Shown piece by piece: positions 17,290 through 26,196 of a stretch of DNA of 64,000 nucleotides (position 1 is its first letter; the number at the start of each line of letters is the position of its first letter). The stretch is from the NCBI GenBank assembly GCA_035347995.1, contig DAOPQD010000001.1, positions 46,012-110,011 of the forward strand. The letters run 5' to 3'. Under the pieces are notes generated by a model, which ran no database searches, was not told the DNA's origin, and saw only the letters and a program-made list of their open reading frames with translations. Both the position numbers and the translations under genes were made by a program. This DNA comes from Anaerolineae bacterium (GTDB lineage: Bacteria; Chloroflexota; Anaerolineae; B4-G1; SLSP01).

Positions 17290-18351
17290 TTAGCTGATAT
17301 AAATGGGGCTGGAGAAAATCCATCCGACGCGCCGACCCCGGAAGTGTCGGTAAACTTCGACGCGATAGATGCCGGCTTCTGCCGACGTGTAGCTGAGTAC
17401 GGTGTCCGTCTTCTTGCTGACCAGTCGTCCATCGCGCAACAGACGGATTTCGCCTTTCGCCGGCACGCTGACTTCCAGCGTCACGGCGCCCAGCCGTTTG
17501 AGCTCTTCGCCCATCGTGCGCCGCGCGGCGCCGCTGCGGGCGAGGAATTGAAAGCCATGTGTGGGGTAGGGCAGGTCGTAGCCCGCCCAGGTGCGCCCCG
17601 CGCGCAGGGCGTCATAAATCAGGCGGCGATCCCGGCTTTCCTCGCCGGTCAGCGGGCCATCGGTGAGGATGTGCGTGTTGACGCAACGGAAAAGATAGGC
17701 ATAGGGGAAGACCACTCGCTGCAGGCCGGCCATTTTGTACAGGCCAGCGTGCGCGTCGGCGCCGCCGAGCGCCGCCAGGCGCGCGCCCTTGCTTAGCAGC
17801 TCGTCCCACAGTCGCAGGGTCGCTCGATAGGGGCCTCGAATGCCCCAATCGGGGAGCAGAGCATAGATCAACGCCGCGAGATGAGACCAGAGCAGGCCCT
17901 TGAACTCCGACATGTAGTTCCAGATTTCCAGGCCGGTGATGCCCTCGATGGGCCAGTCCGTCCAGGGAATGGCGTCGAAATCTTCCCCCAGCGGGCTGCT
18001 GCGTTCGATGGGATGTGCGAGGTAGCAGATGCCCTGGCATTCGCCGGCTTTCTGGATGAGCGTTTGGGCGCTGCCGAAGGTGTAGGGCGCCAGTTCCTGC
18101 TGCGCGCCATAGATCAGCAGGTGATTGGCCTGGGGACGGCGGCGGCTATTGTGGGCCTCTTCGCCTATCAGCAGGAGCACGCGCCCGTAGTAGCCTTCGA
18201 GTCCTTCCACACGCACGTTGTGATCGGTGACGATGACGAAATTCAGCCCGGCAGCGGCGGCGGCCTCGGCGATTTCGGCATGTCGCCCGGAGCCGTCGGA
18301 GTAAACGCTGTGAATATGAAGGTTGCCTGCATATTCGCGGTAATTTTCCAT
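17290..18351 (-). CDS. PHP-domain metal-dependent phosphoesterase (CehA/McbA-like)
   Basis: The N-terminus NLHIHSVYSDGSGRHAEIAEAAAAAGLNFVIVTDHNV is the PHP motif (HxH ... D..H); further His/Asp motifs are GGADAHAG and YLAHPIE. RBS GAAGG lies upstream. Confidence 0.7.
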   Translation of the reverse strand: MENYREYAGNLHIHSVYSDGSGRHAEIAEAAAAAGLNFVIVTDHNVRVEGLEGYYGRVLLLIGEEAHNSRRRPQANHLLIYGAQQELAPYTFGSAQTLIQKAGECQGICYLAHPIERSSPLGEDFDAIPWTDWPIEGITGLEIWNYMSEFKGLLWSHLAALIYALLPDWGIRGPYRATLRLWDELLSKGARLAALGGADAHAGLYKMAGLQRVVFPYAYLFRCVNTHILTDGPLTGEESRDRRLIYDALRAGRTWAGYDLPYPTHGFQFLARSGAARRTMGEELKRLGAVTLEVSVPAKGEIRLLRDGRLVSKKTDTVLSYTSAEAGIYRVEVYRHFRGRRVGWIFSSPIYIS

Positions 18352-18415
18352 AGGCCTTCATCTTACTGCCAACGGGCAGGTTGTCAACTCTCGTGCCAGA
18401 GCCCAGACCCAGCGT

Positions 18416-20110
18416 ATGAATCTTGCACAGTGGTTCCGCAATCTTCGTCATCGTTTCGTTGAATTCCTCTACCGGCTGCGCTTTCAGCGAGCTGTGGCGG
18501 GTCTCGAGACGCCGCCGCCGGCGACACGGGCTTTTGTGGTGCTTCAGATTGACGCGCTGGCTTTTTCGGCGCTGCAGGAAGTGCTTGAGCGGGGTGACAT
18601 GCCGCATCTGGCACGGCTGTTGCAACAGGGGGAGTATCGGCTGCGCCGGTGGCGTTGCGGCCTGCCCTCGACCACGACCGCGATCCAATCCGGCTTTTTC
18701 TACGGCGCTCGTACCGCGCCGGGGTTTCGCTGGTACAACAAGGCGGCGGGTGCGCCGGTCACTTCACACCGTCCTGATCACATGCGCGCCCTGGAGGAAA
18801 GTCTCAGCACCGCGCATGATGGCCTGCTGGTCGGCGGGGGGGTCTACACCAGCTTGTTAAGCGGGGAAGCCGAGCACGCCGTGTTTACGGTCTCGCGGGT
18901 CTTCGGACGGCAGCTGCAGGGCTACCTGGAGGGCACGGGGCTGTTGTTGAGCTTCCTTTTACGTCCCCTGCGTGTGCTCCGGCTGCTCCATTACACCCTG
19001 GTGCGTTTTGGGCGGCGCGTCTGGGCCGGCCTGCGACATTGGAAGACGTTGCTGGTGCCGTTATCCCTGCTGCGCTCACTCCTCGATGCTGCGGCTGATG
19101 CCACCCTGACCGAATTCATGACCTTCTGTGTGCTGCTCGACCTCTATCGCGGCGTCCCCAGGATGTACGCGAATTTCAACGGCTACGATGAAATGGCGCA
19201 TGCCCATGGGCTGCTTCACCGTGAGGCCCTGTGGGTGCTGCACTGGATTGACGCCCGGCTTGAGGAAATCGAGAAATTGGGGCGCGCCAGCCCTGGCGCC
19301 AGCTATGATATTTTTATCCTCTCGGACCACGGCATGGCTCCGGCGATTCCTTTTCGCGTTCGCTTCGGGCAGACGCTGGGTGAATTTGTGGCGCAGGGGG
19401 TGCACCTGGATGTGAGTTTCGATGCCGGTGAGATGGATGCCGCGGCGGCACGCGCCCTCCGCGCGCGCTATCTCATCACGGTGTTGCGGGATTCCGAGCA
19501 GCGTTTGCCGCCGTGGATCCGGCGCCTCGTGCACATGGTGCGACGGCCGTTGTTGGCCTATCTCTCGCCGCAGGAACTGGCCTACGATTGGAATTTGGGA
19601 AGCGACGTGGTCGTTCAGGCTTCGGGGCCCTTAGCGCATGTGTATTTCCGCGTCGCCGCCCACCAGATGGATTTGCCGGAAGTGACGCTGTTGTATGCAG
19701 AATTCATGGGGCGACTGGTGGGGCATGAGGGCATCGAGCTCGTTGCCGGACGCGATACCGGTCAGGTCGTCATTCTGGGACGCAAGGGCGGGGTGTTGAC
19801 GGTCGCCGACGAAAAGACGGAGCTGCAAGGTCCCGATCCCCTGGAGGCGTTTGCCGATCGGGAGTATGTGCTGCGCGAGCTGCGCCATTTGCTGCAGCTG
19901 CCCACGTCCGGCGACCTGGTGTTGCTGGGACGGCTCCTGGAGACCGGTGAGGTGATCACCTTTGAGGAGCAATACGCGACGCACGGCAGTCTCGGAGGCG
20001 GCCAGGATGAGCCTTTCCTCATCTATCCGGCGGCGCTCGAGGGCGAGATGCCGGAGCTGGACAGCCCGGAGGCGTTGTATTGCTGGTTCAAGGCGCGCTA
20101 TTCGGCGTAG
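18416..20110 (+). CDS. Alkaline-phosphatase-superfamily type I phosphodiesterase / nucleotide pyrophosphatase family protein (PF01663-like)
   Basis: AFVVLQIDALAF...GDMPHLARLL..GLPSTTTAIQSGFFYG carries the Thr nucleophile motif PSTT. The downstream ILSDHGM and HGSLGG motifs are typical of the family. It is divergent from the PHP gene across a 64-bp intergenic region. Confidence 0.65.
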   Translation: MNLAQWFRNLRHRFVEFLYRLRFQRAVAGLETPPPATRAFVVLQIDALAFSALQEVLERGDMPHLARLLQQGEYRLRRWRCGLPSTTTAIQSGFFYGARTAPGFRWYNKAAGAPVTSHRPDHMRALEESLSTAHDGLLVGGGVYTSLLSGEAEHAVFTVSRVFGRQLQGYLEGTGLLLSFLLRPLRVLRLLHYTLVRFGRRVWAGLRHWKTLLVPLSLLRSLLDAAADATLTEFMTFCVLLDLYRGVPRMYANFNGYDEMAHAHGLLHREALWVLHWIDARLEEIEKLGRASPGASYDIFILSDHGMAPAIPFRVRFGQTLGEFVAQGVHLDVSFDAGEMDAAAARALRARYLITVLRDSEQRLPPWIRRLVHMVRRPLLAYLSPQELAYDWNLGSDVVVQASGPLAHVYFRVAAHQMDLPEVTLLYAEFMGRLVGHEGIELVAGRDTGQVVILGRKGGVLTVADEKTELQGPDPLEAFADREYVLRELRHLLQLPTSGDLVLLGRLLETGEVITFEEQYATHGSLGGGQDEPFLIYPAALEGEMPELDSPEALYCWFKARYSA

Positions 20111-20139
20111 CCCCTGCTCCGCGCTGCGCGGGGCAGGGG
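20111..20139. terminator. GC-rich hairpin filling the 30-nt gap between convergent stop codons (no U-tract)
   Basis: cccctgctccgcgc-t-gcgcggggcagggg forms an imperfect 13-bp stem. It is flanked directly by the TAG (20108-20110) of the plus-strand gene and the TGA (20141-20143) of the minus-strand gene. Confidence 0.45.
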
Positions 20140-20140
20140 A

Positions 20141-20632
20141 TCACCAGGCCCAAATGCTCCAGGCGACGATCATCAACGCGCCCAGGCCGAAGCGCGCCAC
20201 AAAGGCCCACCCCCAGCCGATGAGCATGTCGCGCACGACCACCAGGGTCTCATCGGTGTTGCGGCGATGCGCGTATTCTGCCGCAAAGAGGGCCGCCAGA
20301 CAGCCCACGATGCCGACGAGCGGGGTGAGGATCAGACTGAAGATCACGCCGGCTGCCAGTGCCAGGGCAATGGAGCTCCAGCGCGCGCCGCTCTGACGGG
20401 CTTTCGCGCTCATCAGCAGATTGTCGGAAAGCCAGCCCGCCACCGCCAGCACGGTGAGCAACGCGAACCACCAGCCGCCCCCGCTCTCGAAGCGGCTGAA
20501 GATGCCGTAAACCAATCCCAGTGCCCAGATGATGGTGATGCCGGGGAAAACGGGGATGACCAGCCCGCCTAATCCCAGGATCATGCCAGCAAGGATGATC
20601 CATTTGATGCTTGATTCCAGCCAGTTTGCCAT
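20141..20632 (-). CDS. DUF456-family small membrane protein
   Basis: 163 aa with four hydrophobic helices (ILAGMILGLGGLVIPVFPGITIIWALGLVYGIF..; GIVGCLAALFAAEY). Pattern similarity to DUF456/YqaE-like proteins; function unknown. Confidence 0.55.
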   Translation of the reverse strand: MANWLESSIKWIILAGMILGLGGLVIPVFPGITIIWALGLVYGIFSRFESGGGWWFALLTVLAVAGWLSDNLLMSAKARQSGARWSSIALALAAGVIFSLILTPLVGIVGCLAALFAAEYAHRRNTDETLVVVRDMLIGWGWAFVARFGLGALMIVAWSIWAW

Positions 20633-20779
20633 GATGTCAGGTACACTCTCAACTATGTAGATTGAACTTGCGTCACACCCTCAATGTTAACCGCCGAGGG
20701 CACCCTCTTTCAAACTATAACAGAGAATCGGTAGTTGACAATCGGTTTATTTCTTCCCTCGCCCGATCCTTTTGAAATG

Positions 20780-20820
20780 CGTCACGGGTAATGCCCGCGC
20801 GCGAAGCATTACCCGTGACG
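20780..20820. terminator. 15-bp perfect inverted repeat downstream of the moaD-like/AOR operon
   Basis: cgtcacgggtaatgc-ccgcgcgcgaa-gcattacccgtgacg lies 24-64 nt past the moaD-like stop (20844). It is followed on the plus strand by TTTCCTGGCATTT and on the minus strand by ATTTCAAAAGG. Confidence 0.5.
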
Positions 20821-20843
20821 TTTCCTGGCATTTGCCGGCGAGC

Positions 20844-21044
20844 CTATCCGCCGGCAATCAGATGGATGACGCGCACATCGGCGTCATCGGGGATCAACGT
20901 TTGGGCATAGGCGTCGTGATTGACCACGGTCCCATTGATTGAGACGACGATGTGCGGGTAGGTGAACTTCTCCTGCTCCAGGAGATCTTGCACCGTCAGC
21001 CCTTCATGCCACGGCAATTTTTCACGTCGGTTCAGCGTAATCAT
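20844..21044 (-). CDS. MoaD/ThiS-family sulfur-carrier protein (C-terminal GG)
   Basis: 66 aa ending ...VIHLIAGG with a beta-grasp-like pattern. Its start lies 2 nt after the AOR stop (operon). Such small GG proteins are commonly encoded next to AOR-family genes. Confidence 0.65.
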   Translation of the reverse strand: MITLNRREKLPWHEGLTVQDLLEQEKFTYPHIVVSINGTVVNHDAYAQTLIPDDADVRVIHLIAGG

Positions 21045-21045
21045 C

Positions 21046-23190
21046 TCACAGATACTTTTCCACTACCGCCAGCACTTCCGGGTAATCAATTCCCAGCGCT
21101 CGCAGCTTTTCCACCGTCGGCACACCGTTCCGCGTCCAGCCACGCCGTTGATAGACCGCGTCCATCAGCTGCTCGTAGCGTCCCATGCGATACTGGCGGT
21201 GCGCCGCAATTTTTTCCTGAAGCGTCATGCGATCAGGATCGAGGCCGAGCCACTCGCGCAGCTGCTTGTCGTAACGCTCCTGGCGGGATATGTATTCCTC
21301 CTCGGTCACCGGCCCGACGCCCCGGTAGGGCGGATAATCGTGCGCGCGCAACCCCTTGCCCAGGCGAATGTTGAACACGCGCTGCAAATTATATACCCGC
21401 TCGGACATGGCGATGATCTCTTGAAGGTCTATCTCGCGGCCCGTCACCCCGGAGAAAATGTCCACGTAGTTCTGCACGTGATGTGGAATTTTGGCGGGTT
21501 CGGCGCTCTTCGAGTTTTTGGGATCCACCACATCATTCCAGGGCAGCTTGCAGAAGCCACACAGGCCGAACCAGGTGCGCCACATGGGGAAGTAGTGCAG
21601 CGCCTCGGCCTTGTCCTCAAAAGTGGGCAGCTGATTGTTCACCATGTCCATGAAGATGAGCCAGGCCTCGTCGTGCTGCGGCCCTTTGTTGGTGAGCGCA
21701 TAACCGCCCTGCTGTGCGAGCGATTCCTTCGCCATGTACATGGAATACTCCATGCCCTTGTTCTCCATGCCGATGTCGTCCAGGAACTGCGGATCGGCGC
21801 CGTAGTGCTCGACGAGGTAGGCTTTGGCTTTATGGATGCCCAATCCGACGATCTTGCCGATCCCTTCGCCGCGCGCCAGCTGGTGGAGCGCTTCCAGGGA
21901 CGCCGCCGCATTCCCGAAGGTCAGCTCCAGCCCGCCGGTCTTTTCCCGGTCGAGAATGCCGGCCTCGTAACACTCCATCAGAAAGCCCACGGTGTTGCCG
22001 AAGGAGATCGTGTCAATGCCGTAGGTGTCGCAATAGAAGTTGAGTTCGAGGATCGCATCGGGGTTGAAGATGCCACACGTGCTTCCGACCGCGCCGATGG
22101 TCTCGTACTCCGGCCCGTCCACGATAACCTTTTGCCCTTTGTAGGGGCCGGTTTGCAGCTCGAAGCCATCCACGGCATGGGCGCAGGCCACGGTGCAGCC
22201 GTACCAGCAGCCATCGGGCAGGCCCTGCGTGAGGCGTTGTTCCCAATAGGCGCCGTCAATCTCATGCGCCTGTGGATGCGAGCCGAATTTGAAGTTGTTG
22301 ACCGGCAGCAGATCGTAGTCGCTCATGACGCCCACCAGATAGGGGGTGCCGCGATTGCGCATCCGGTTCTGGACGGGATCCCAGGTGGCGACTTCCTTTT
22401 GCATGTCTGCGCCCACGCGCGCGAGACGCTCCGGGTCGGCGGGATGATTGGCGTCGCCGTGGAAAGCGTGGGCGCGCACGACCAGGGCTTTGACATGCTT
22501 GTGGCGCAGCACCGTGCCGGGACCGCCACGCGCGGCCTGTTTGTAGCGGATGGCCCGCCGCTTGCGGTCGTAGAGGCTGAAGTTGAGGCAGCCCAACAAC
22601 GAGTGCTCTGCCCCCGTGCCGGCGGAGACCATGGCGATGTAGTATTTCTCTTCGGGCTTTTCGGCGAGCGCTTCATAGAGCCACGCGCCGAGGAGATGGG
22701 TGTCGGTCGGCGCGTCAGGCAGCTCCTCGATGGTGACCTTGCCGGCGATGGCGTCCACCACGACGATGACGTCCTGAGCTGCAATGCCCTGCACTTCGAT
22801 TGCGTCCCAACCGCTGAACTTGAGCAGCGGCCCGAAGTGCCCCCCGGCGTTGCAGTCGGTCACAATATCCGTGGTCGGTGAGATCGTGGTCACGAGCGAT
22901 TTGCCGGAGCCGGGATACTGCGTGACGCCGCCGCACGGTCCACTGGAGATGACAATCTCGTTTTCGGGACTGTCCCATCTCGTGTCGTCTCTCACGGCGT
23001 GCCAGAGCAGCCACAGATCAAAACCCTTGCCGCCGGTGAACTTTAGTTTCATCTCCTCCGAGACGGGCTTTGCCTTGATCTCGCCCGTCCCGACGTTGAC
23101 ATAGAGGGTCTGATTGGCGTAACCGCGCTCAACTTGGGGGGCCTGATAGGGATATTCTGCCAGTACATGACGAGTGATTTTTTTAGTCAT
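21046..23190 (-). CDS. aor: Aldehyde:ferredoxin oxidoreductase family protein (tungsten/molybdopterin, AOR)
   Basis: The N-terminal domain GYANQTLYVNVGTGEIKAKPVSEEMKLKFTGGKGFDLWLLW matches the AOR_N pattern. A large C-terminal catalytic domain with EXXH/Cys-ligand regions is present. The start is taken at MTKKITRH (ATG at 23190) because GAGGAGA lies 7 nt upstream; the track's longer ORF to 23247 has no RBS. Confidence 0.85.
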   Translation of the reverse strand: MTKKITRHVLAEYPYQAPQVERGYANQTLYVNVGTGEIKAKPVSEEMKLKFTGGKGFDLWLLWHAVRDDTRWDSPENEIVISSGPCGGVTQYPGSGKSLVTTISPTTDIVTDCNAGGHFGPLLKFSGWDAIEVQGIAAQDVIVVVDAIAGKVTIEELPDAPTDTHLLGAWLYEALAEKPEEKYYIAMVSAGTGAEHSLLGCLNFSLYDRKRRAIRYKQAARGGPGTVLRHKHVKALVVRAHAFHGDANHPADPERLARVGADMQKEVATWDPVQNRMRNRGTPYLVGVMSDYDLLPVNNFKFGSHPQAHEIDGAYWEQRLTQGLPDGCWYGCTVACAHAVDGFELQTGPYKGQKVIVDGPEYETIGAVGSTCGIFNPDAILELNFYCDTYGIDTISFGNTVGFLMECYEAGILDREKTGGLELTFGNAAASLEALHQLARGEGIGKIVGLGIHKAKAYLVEHYGADPQFLDDIGMENKGMEYSMYMAKESLAQQGGYALTNKGPQHDEAWLIFMDMVNNQLPTFEDKAEALHYFPMWRTWFGLCGFCKLPWNDVVDPKNSKSAEPAKIPHHVQNYVDIFSGVTGREIDLQEIIAMSERVYNLQRVFNIRLGKGLRAHDYPPYRGVGPVTEEEYISRQERYDKQLREWLGLDPDRMTLQEKIAAHRQYRMGRYEQLMDAVYQRRGWTRNGVPTVEKLRALGIDYPEVLAVVEKYL

Positions 23191-23331
23191 AGGGGGTCTC
23201 CTCAAAAAATAGAAATCAGTGAGCCGTGAGGAGAAGGCCGTCGCCACCTCTGCTCACGACTCCCAGCTCATAACTCACATTTTTTCATCGGCGGTGGTGT
23301 GCTGCAGGAACATGTCAACTCCTCAAGAGGC

Positions 23332-23766
23332 CTAAAATTGCCAGGTCCACACGGCCGTCGAGGCCTCTTCGACCTCGACGATCTTCAGCGCCTGAGCCGG
23401 ACAGGGCTTGACGCATTGTCCACAGGCGACGCATTTGAAGGCCAGCGCCTCTTGAGGGGCGTAATCCATCACGCCGTAGGGACAGAATCCCACGCACGAC
23501 ATACAGCCCACACAGAGAGCCTTCTTCAGCATCACAATGCCCTGTTTGTTGTAGTACAGCGCTTCCGTGGGGCAGACTTCGATGCACTTGCCGCATTGGA
23601 TGCAGAATGCGGCGGCAAAGCCGTCTTCCTGGGCCCGGATGTGGATGCTGGAGCGCGCTATGTCCGACGTTTTGAACCATGTCTGAGCGCATGTCGCCTC
23701 GCAGACGTGCGCTCCCTGGCATTTTTGGGGATCGAAAGCCAATACTTTCATCTTGCCTCCTCGCAT
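23332..23766 (-). CDS. 4Fe-4S dicluster ferredoxin-type protein (likely AOR electron-transfer partner)
   Basis: Multiple CxxCxxCxxxCP-like motifs (CIQCGKCIEVCP, CVGCMSCVGFCP, CVACGQCVKPCP). RBS GAGGAGG lies 4 nt before the ATG at 23766; an alternative start is MKVLAF at 23751 with GGGGAGG upstream. It sits immediately upstream of aor. Confidence 0.7.
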   Translation of the reverse strand: MRGGKMKVLAFDPQKCQGAHVCEATCAQTWFKTSDIARSSIHIRAQEDGFAAAFCIQCGKCIEVCPTEALYYNKQGIVMLKKALCVGCMSCVGFCPYGVMDYAPQEALAFKCVACGQCVKPCPAQALKIVEVEEASTAVWTWQF

Positions 23767-23784
23767 AAAATAGTCTTCGAAAAT

Positions 23785-23865
23785 AGCGAATCTGCGAATG
23801 GCGAATCAGCGAATTACTTACGTTCTTACGTTCGCCCGTTCCCATGTTCGCCCGTTCCCATGTTC
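23785..23865. repeat. Promoter-proximal 8-bp-period tandem repeats in the divergent intergenic region: GCGAAT(N2) x4 then GAAC(N4)-type x6
   Basis: agcgaatctgcgaatggcgaatcagcgaatta ... cgttcttacgttcgcccgttcccatgttcgcccgttcccatgttc. Read in the orientation of the minus-strand ferredoxin/AOR operon this is gaacatgg|gaacgggc|gaacatgg|gaacgggc|gaacgtaa|gaacgtaa followed by attcgctg|attcgcca|ttcgcaga|ttcgct. Confidence 0.7.
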
Positions 23866-23905
23866 AGAGGTTGTGATACGGATATTCCGTATTATAGTGT
23901 AGCGG

Positions 23906-25399
23906 ATGATGACGGCAAATGTAGTGTCAGATTGTCCTGATAGCGACTATCGAATATCCTTATCCTTGCGGCGGTCGTGGCGGTTGCTGGCGTTGGTGGG
24001 AGTGACGTTTGTGTTGCGGGTGGTCTTCCTCGACGCGCAAAGCCTCTGGCGGGATGAGGTGGACGCCCTCAATTTTGCTACTGCGCCCTGGTCCGAGGTG
24101 TGGGGCAATTTCCTCCGCCCCGGTTGGAATGGCCCCCTCTATTTTTTGCTGCTGCGCGGTTGGGTGGCTCTCACGGGCAGAACGGCGTTTGCCCTGCGTT
24201 TTTTCTCGTTGCTGTGGGGCGTGCTCGCGATCCCCTTGATGTACGCCTTGGGGCGGCGTCACCTCGACGCGCGGACGGCGCGATGGGCGGCGGTGTTGGC
24301 GGCCTTTTCACCTTATCTCATCTGGTACTCGGCGGAAGTCAAGATGTACAGCTGGGTGCCGTTTCTGATCCTGTTGGCGCTCTATGCGCTGGATCGCGCC
24401 TGCGTCACGCCCCGGTGGAGCTGGTGGGCGCTGACCGTGGCAGGGCTCTCCCTGGCGGTCTACAGTCACATCCTTGCTACGTTGAGCATCCCCGTCGCCG
24501 TCCTCTGGTTCTGTTTGCACCCGAGGCGACATCCGCGCGCCTGGGTGGGGGCGCTGGCGGCGCTGGCGGCGCTCACGCTCCCTTATCTCCCGCTGCTTGC
24601 CTGGCAGTTCCCCATGGTGTTGGCCGATCGCGGAGTGACCGGTTTCCCGGCGCTCACCTTCGGGCAGATGGCGGGAAGCCTGCTGGTAGGGTGGAGCGCC
24701 GGCGTGCCGGCTATGGGAGGCGCCGTCGCGTCCTGGGGCAGCGCCCTCTTGGGCGTGTGGGGCGCCTGGACTCTGATCCGGCGTCGCCGCTGGCGGACCG
24801 CTGCCGCATTGGGAGCGTGGATTTTCGCGCCGCTAGGGCTGATCTGGTGGGTCTCGTTGCGCGGCCCTCTCTTCACGGATCGTTACCTGATCTGGGCCGC
24901 GCCGGCTTTCTACTTGCTTTTGGGCGCTGGATTGGCGGGACTGCGAGGACGCTGGGTGCGTCAGGGGGCGTTGGTGGCGCTGATTCTGATCGCCGGAGCG
25001 AACCTCAGCGCGCAGCTGCTGCATCCCTACAAGCCACAGTTTCGGGAGGCCGCGGCGTCCCTCCGGCTGCGGCGTTTGCCGGAGGATTTGCTGCTGTTTC
25101 AGATCCCTTACAATCGCATCATGCTGGACTATTATTCGCCAACGCCTCTGGAACCCTGGGCTGACGCGCCTTACACCAATTTCCGCGATGCGGAGGGACG
25201 TTACACGGTGACCTTCGAGGCGGTGGATGCTCAGCTGCGCGCGCTCACGCAGGGGTATCAGCGGGTGTGGCTGGTGTATTCTGAAGCCACGCTCTGGGAC
25301 GAGCGCGAGCTGGTGAAGGCCTGGCTGGACATTCACGGGCGCCTCCTCTATGAGCAGCAGTTCCTGATGGTCTCGCTGGCGTGTTACGAACTGCCATGA
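23906..25399 (+). CDS. GT-C fold glycosyltransferase, PMT/ArnT (GT39/GT83)-like membrane protein
   Basis: An 11-12 TM protein. The first extracytoplasmic loop has the catalytic DE motif (QSLWRDEVDALNF) of PMT/ArnT-family enzymes, followed by W/R-rich loops. There is a TATAGT hexamer 7 nt upstream of the ATG and no RBS, making it a possible leaderless transcript. Confidence 0.7.
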   Translation: MMTANVVSDCPDSDYRISLSLRRSWRLLALVGVTFVLRVVFLDAQSLWRDEVDALNFATAPWSEVWGNFLRPGWNGPLYFLLLRGWVALTGRTAFALRFFSLLWGVLAIPLMYALGRRHLDARTARWAAVLAAFSPYLIWYSAEVKMYSWVPFLILLALYALDRACVTPRWSWWALTVAGLSLAVYSHILATLSIPVAVLWFCLHPRRHPRAWVGALAALAALTLPYLPLLAWQFPMVLADRGVTGFPALTFGQMAGSLLVGWSAGVPAMGGAVASWGSALLGVWGAWTLIRRRRWRTAAALGAWIFAPLGLIWWVSLRGPLFTDRYLIWAAPAFYLLLGAGLAGLRGRWVRQGALVALILIAGANLSAQLLHPYKPQFREAAASLRLRRLPEDLLLFQIPYNRIMLDYYSPTPLEPWADAPYTNFRDAEGRYTVTFEAVDAQLRALTQGYQRVWLVYSEATLWDERELVKAWLDIHGRLLYEQQFLMVSLACYELP

Positions 25400-25409
25400 G
25401 GTGCACAAA

Positions 25410-25440
25410 AACAGAGGGCGGCACTTTTCCGCCCTCTGTT
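25410..25440. terminator. Rho-independent terminator (12-bp stem) for the LysM gene, between convergent genes
   Basis: aacagagggcgg-cactttt-ccgccctctgtt. On the minus strand it is followed by TTTTGTG. It lies 30 nt past the LysM gene stop (25470) and 11 nt past the GT-C stop (25399). Confidence 0.65.
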
Positions 25441-25469
25441 GGTGAATGGGGCGCTGTCGCGATCGGCTT

Positions 25470-25919
25470 TCAGGGGATGCAGAGCACCTGTCCGGCGTAG
25501 ATCAGGTTGAGATTGTAAATGTGGTTGGCGGCCGCAATTGTCCACATGCTGACGCCGTACATGTAACCGATGCGGGTGAGGGTCTCGCCGTAACGCACGG
25601 TGTGGTAATAGCGGCAGGCGGGCGTCGGTTCGCTGTCGCTAAACTGTCGCACCGCCACCGGCCCCGGCGGGATGGGACTCCACGGCGCGACGGGGATCGC
25701 CAGACGTTGTCCGACCCACAGGCGATTGGGGTTGGCGATGCCGTTGGCCGCGGCGATGACTTCGGGGCGCGTGGCATAGGCGCGACCGATGGCGTACAGG
25801 CTCTCGCCGGGGCGGACGACGTGATACCCCTGGATACTCCACCCGGCAGCCAGCGCTGCCGCTGGAAGCGTGCTCAGCACTATCACCAATGCGAGCACCA
25901 GCAGCAATTTCTTGCGCAT
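25470..25919 (-). CDS. Secreted protein with two LysM peptidoglycan-binding domains
   Basis: Signal peptide MRKKLLLVLALVIVLSTLPAAALA. LysM repeat 1 is YHVVRPGESLYAIGRAYATRPEVIAAANGIANPNRLWVGQRLAIP; repeat 2 is YHTVRYGETLTRIGYMYGVSMWTIAAANHIYNLNLIYAGQVLCIP. Confidence 0.8.
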   Translation of the reverse strand: MRKKLLLVLALVIVLSTLPAAALAAGWSIQGYHVVRPGESLYAIGRAYATRPEVIAAANGIANPNRLWVGQRLAIPVAPWSPIPPGPVAVRQFSDSEPTPACRYYHTVRYGETLTRIGYMYGVSMWTIAAANHIYNLNLIYAGQVLCIP

Positions 25920-26196
25920 TCTTGACCTCCTTTTTGCTTGCTATGGCACGATACACCTGACAACAGAGTCATTTGTGGCGGGCGGGGATTCATGACCCTA
26001 TTTTTATTCTAAGGCCATTGGGGGATTTGTGAATTCCGATGCGGTTACAGAGTGATTACAAGGTGTGTCGGGCTGGGACCCTGCGGCCGGCGGCGTTTTG
26101 CGGAGGGGCGCGTCCTTGTCTTTTTGGGGAAGCACGGTAAAATCTAACTGGCCCAGCGAGTTCAGATTACTACCTGGATTGAGGAGTGTATTGACC

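Noticed and set aside
17224-17796. ORF 17224..17796 + (190 aa) and similar small ORFs in intergenic gaps (for example 26004..26198 -, 49721..49906 -, 63059..63247 -).
   Set aside because: They overlap better-supported genes or hairpin/repeat elements, have no RBS, and have biased composition.
23191-23247. The 19-codon N-terminal extension of the AOR gene (MATAFSSRLTDFYFLRRPP), which the ORF track includes.
   Set aside because: No RBS precedes it, whereas the internal ATG (MTKKITRH, 23190) has GAGGAGA at optimal spacing. The AOR family domain starts right after that Met.
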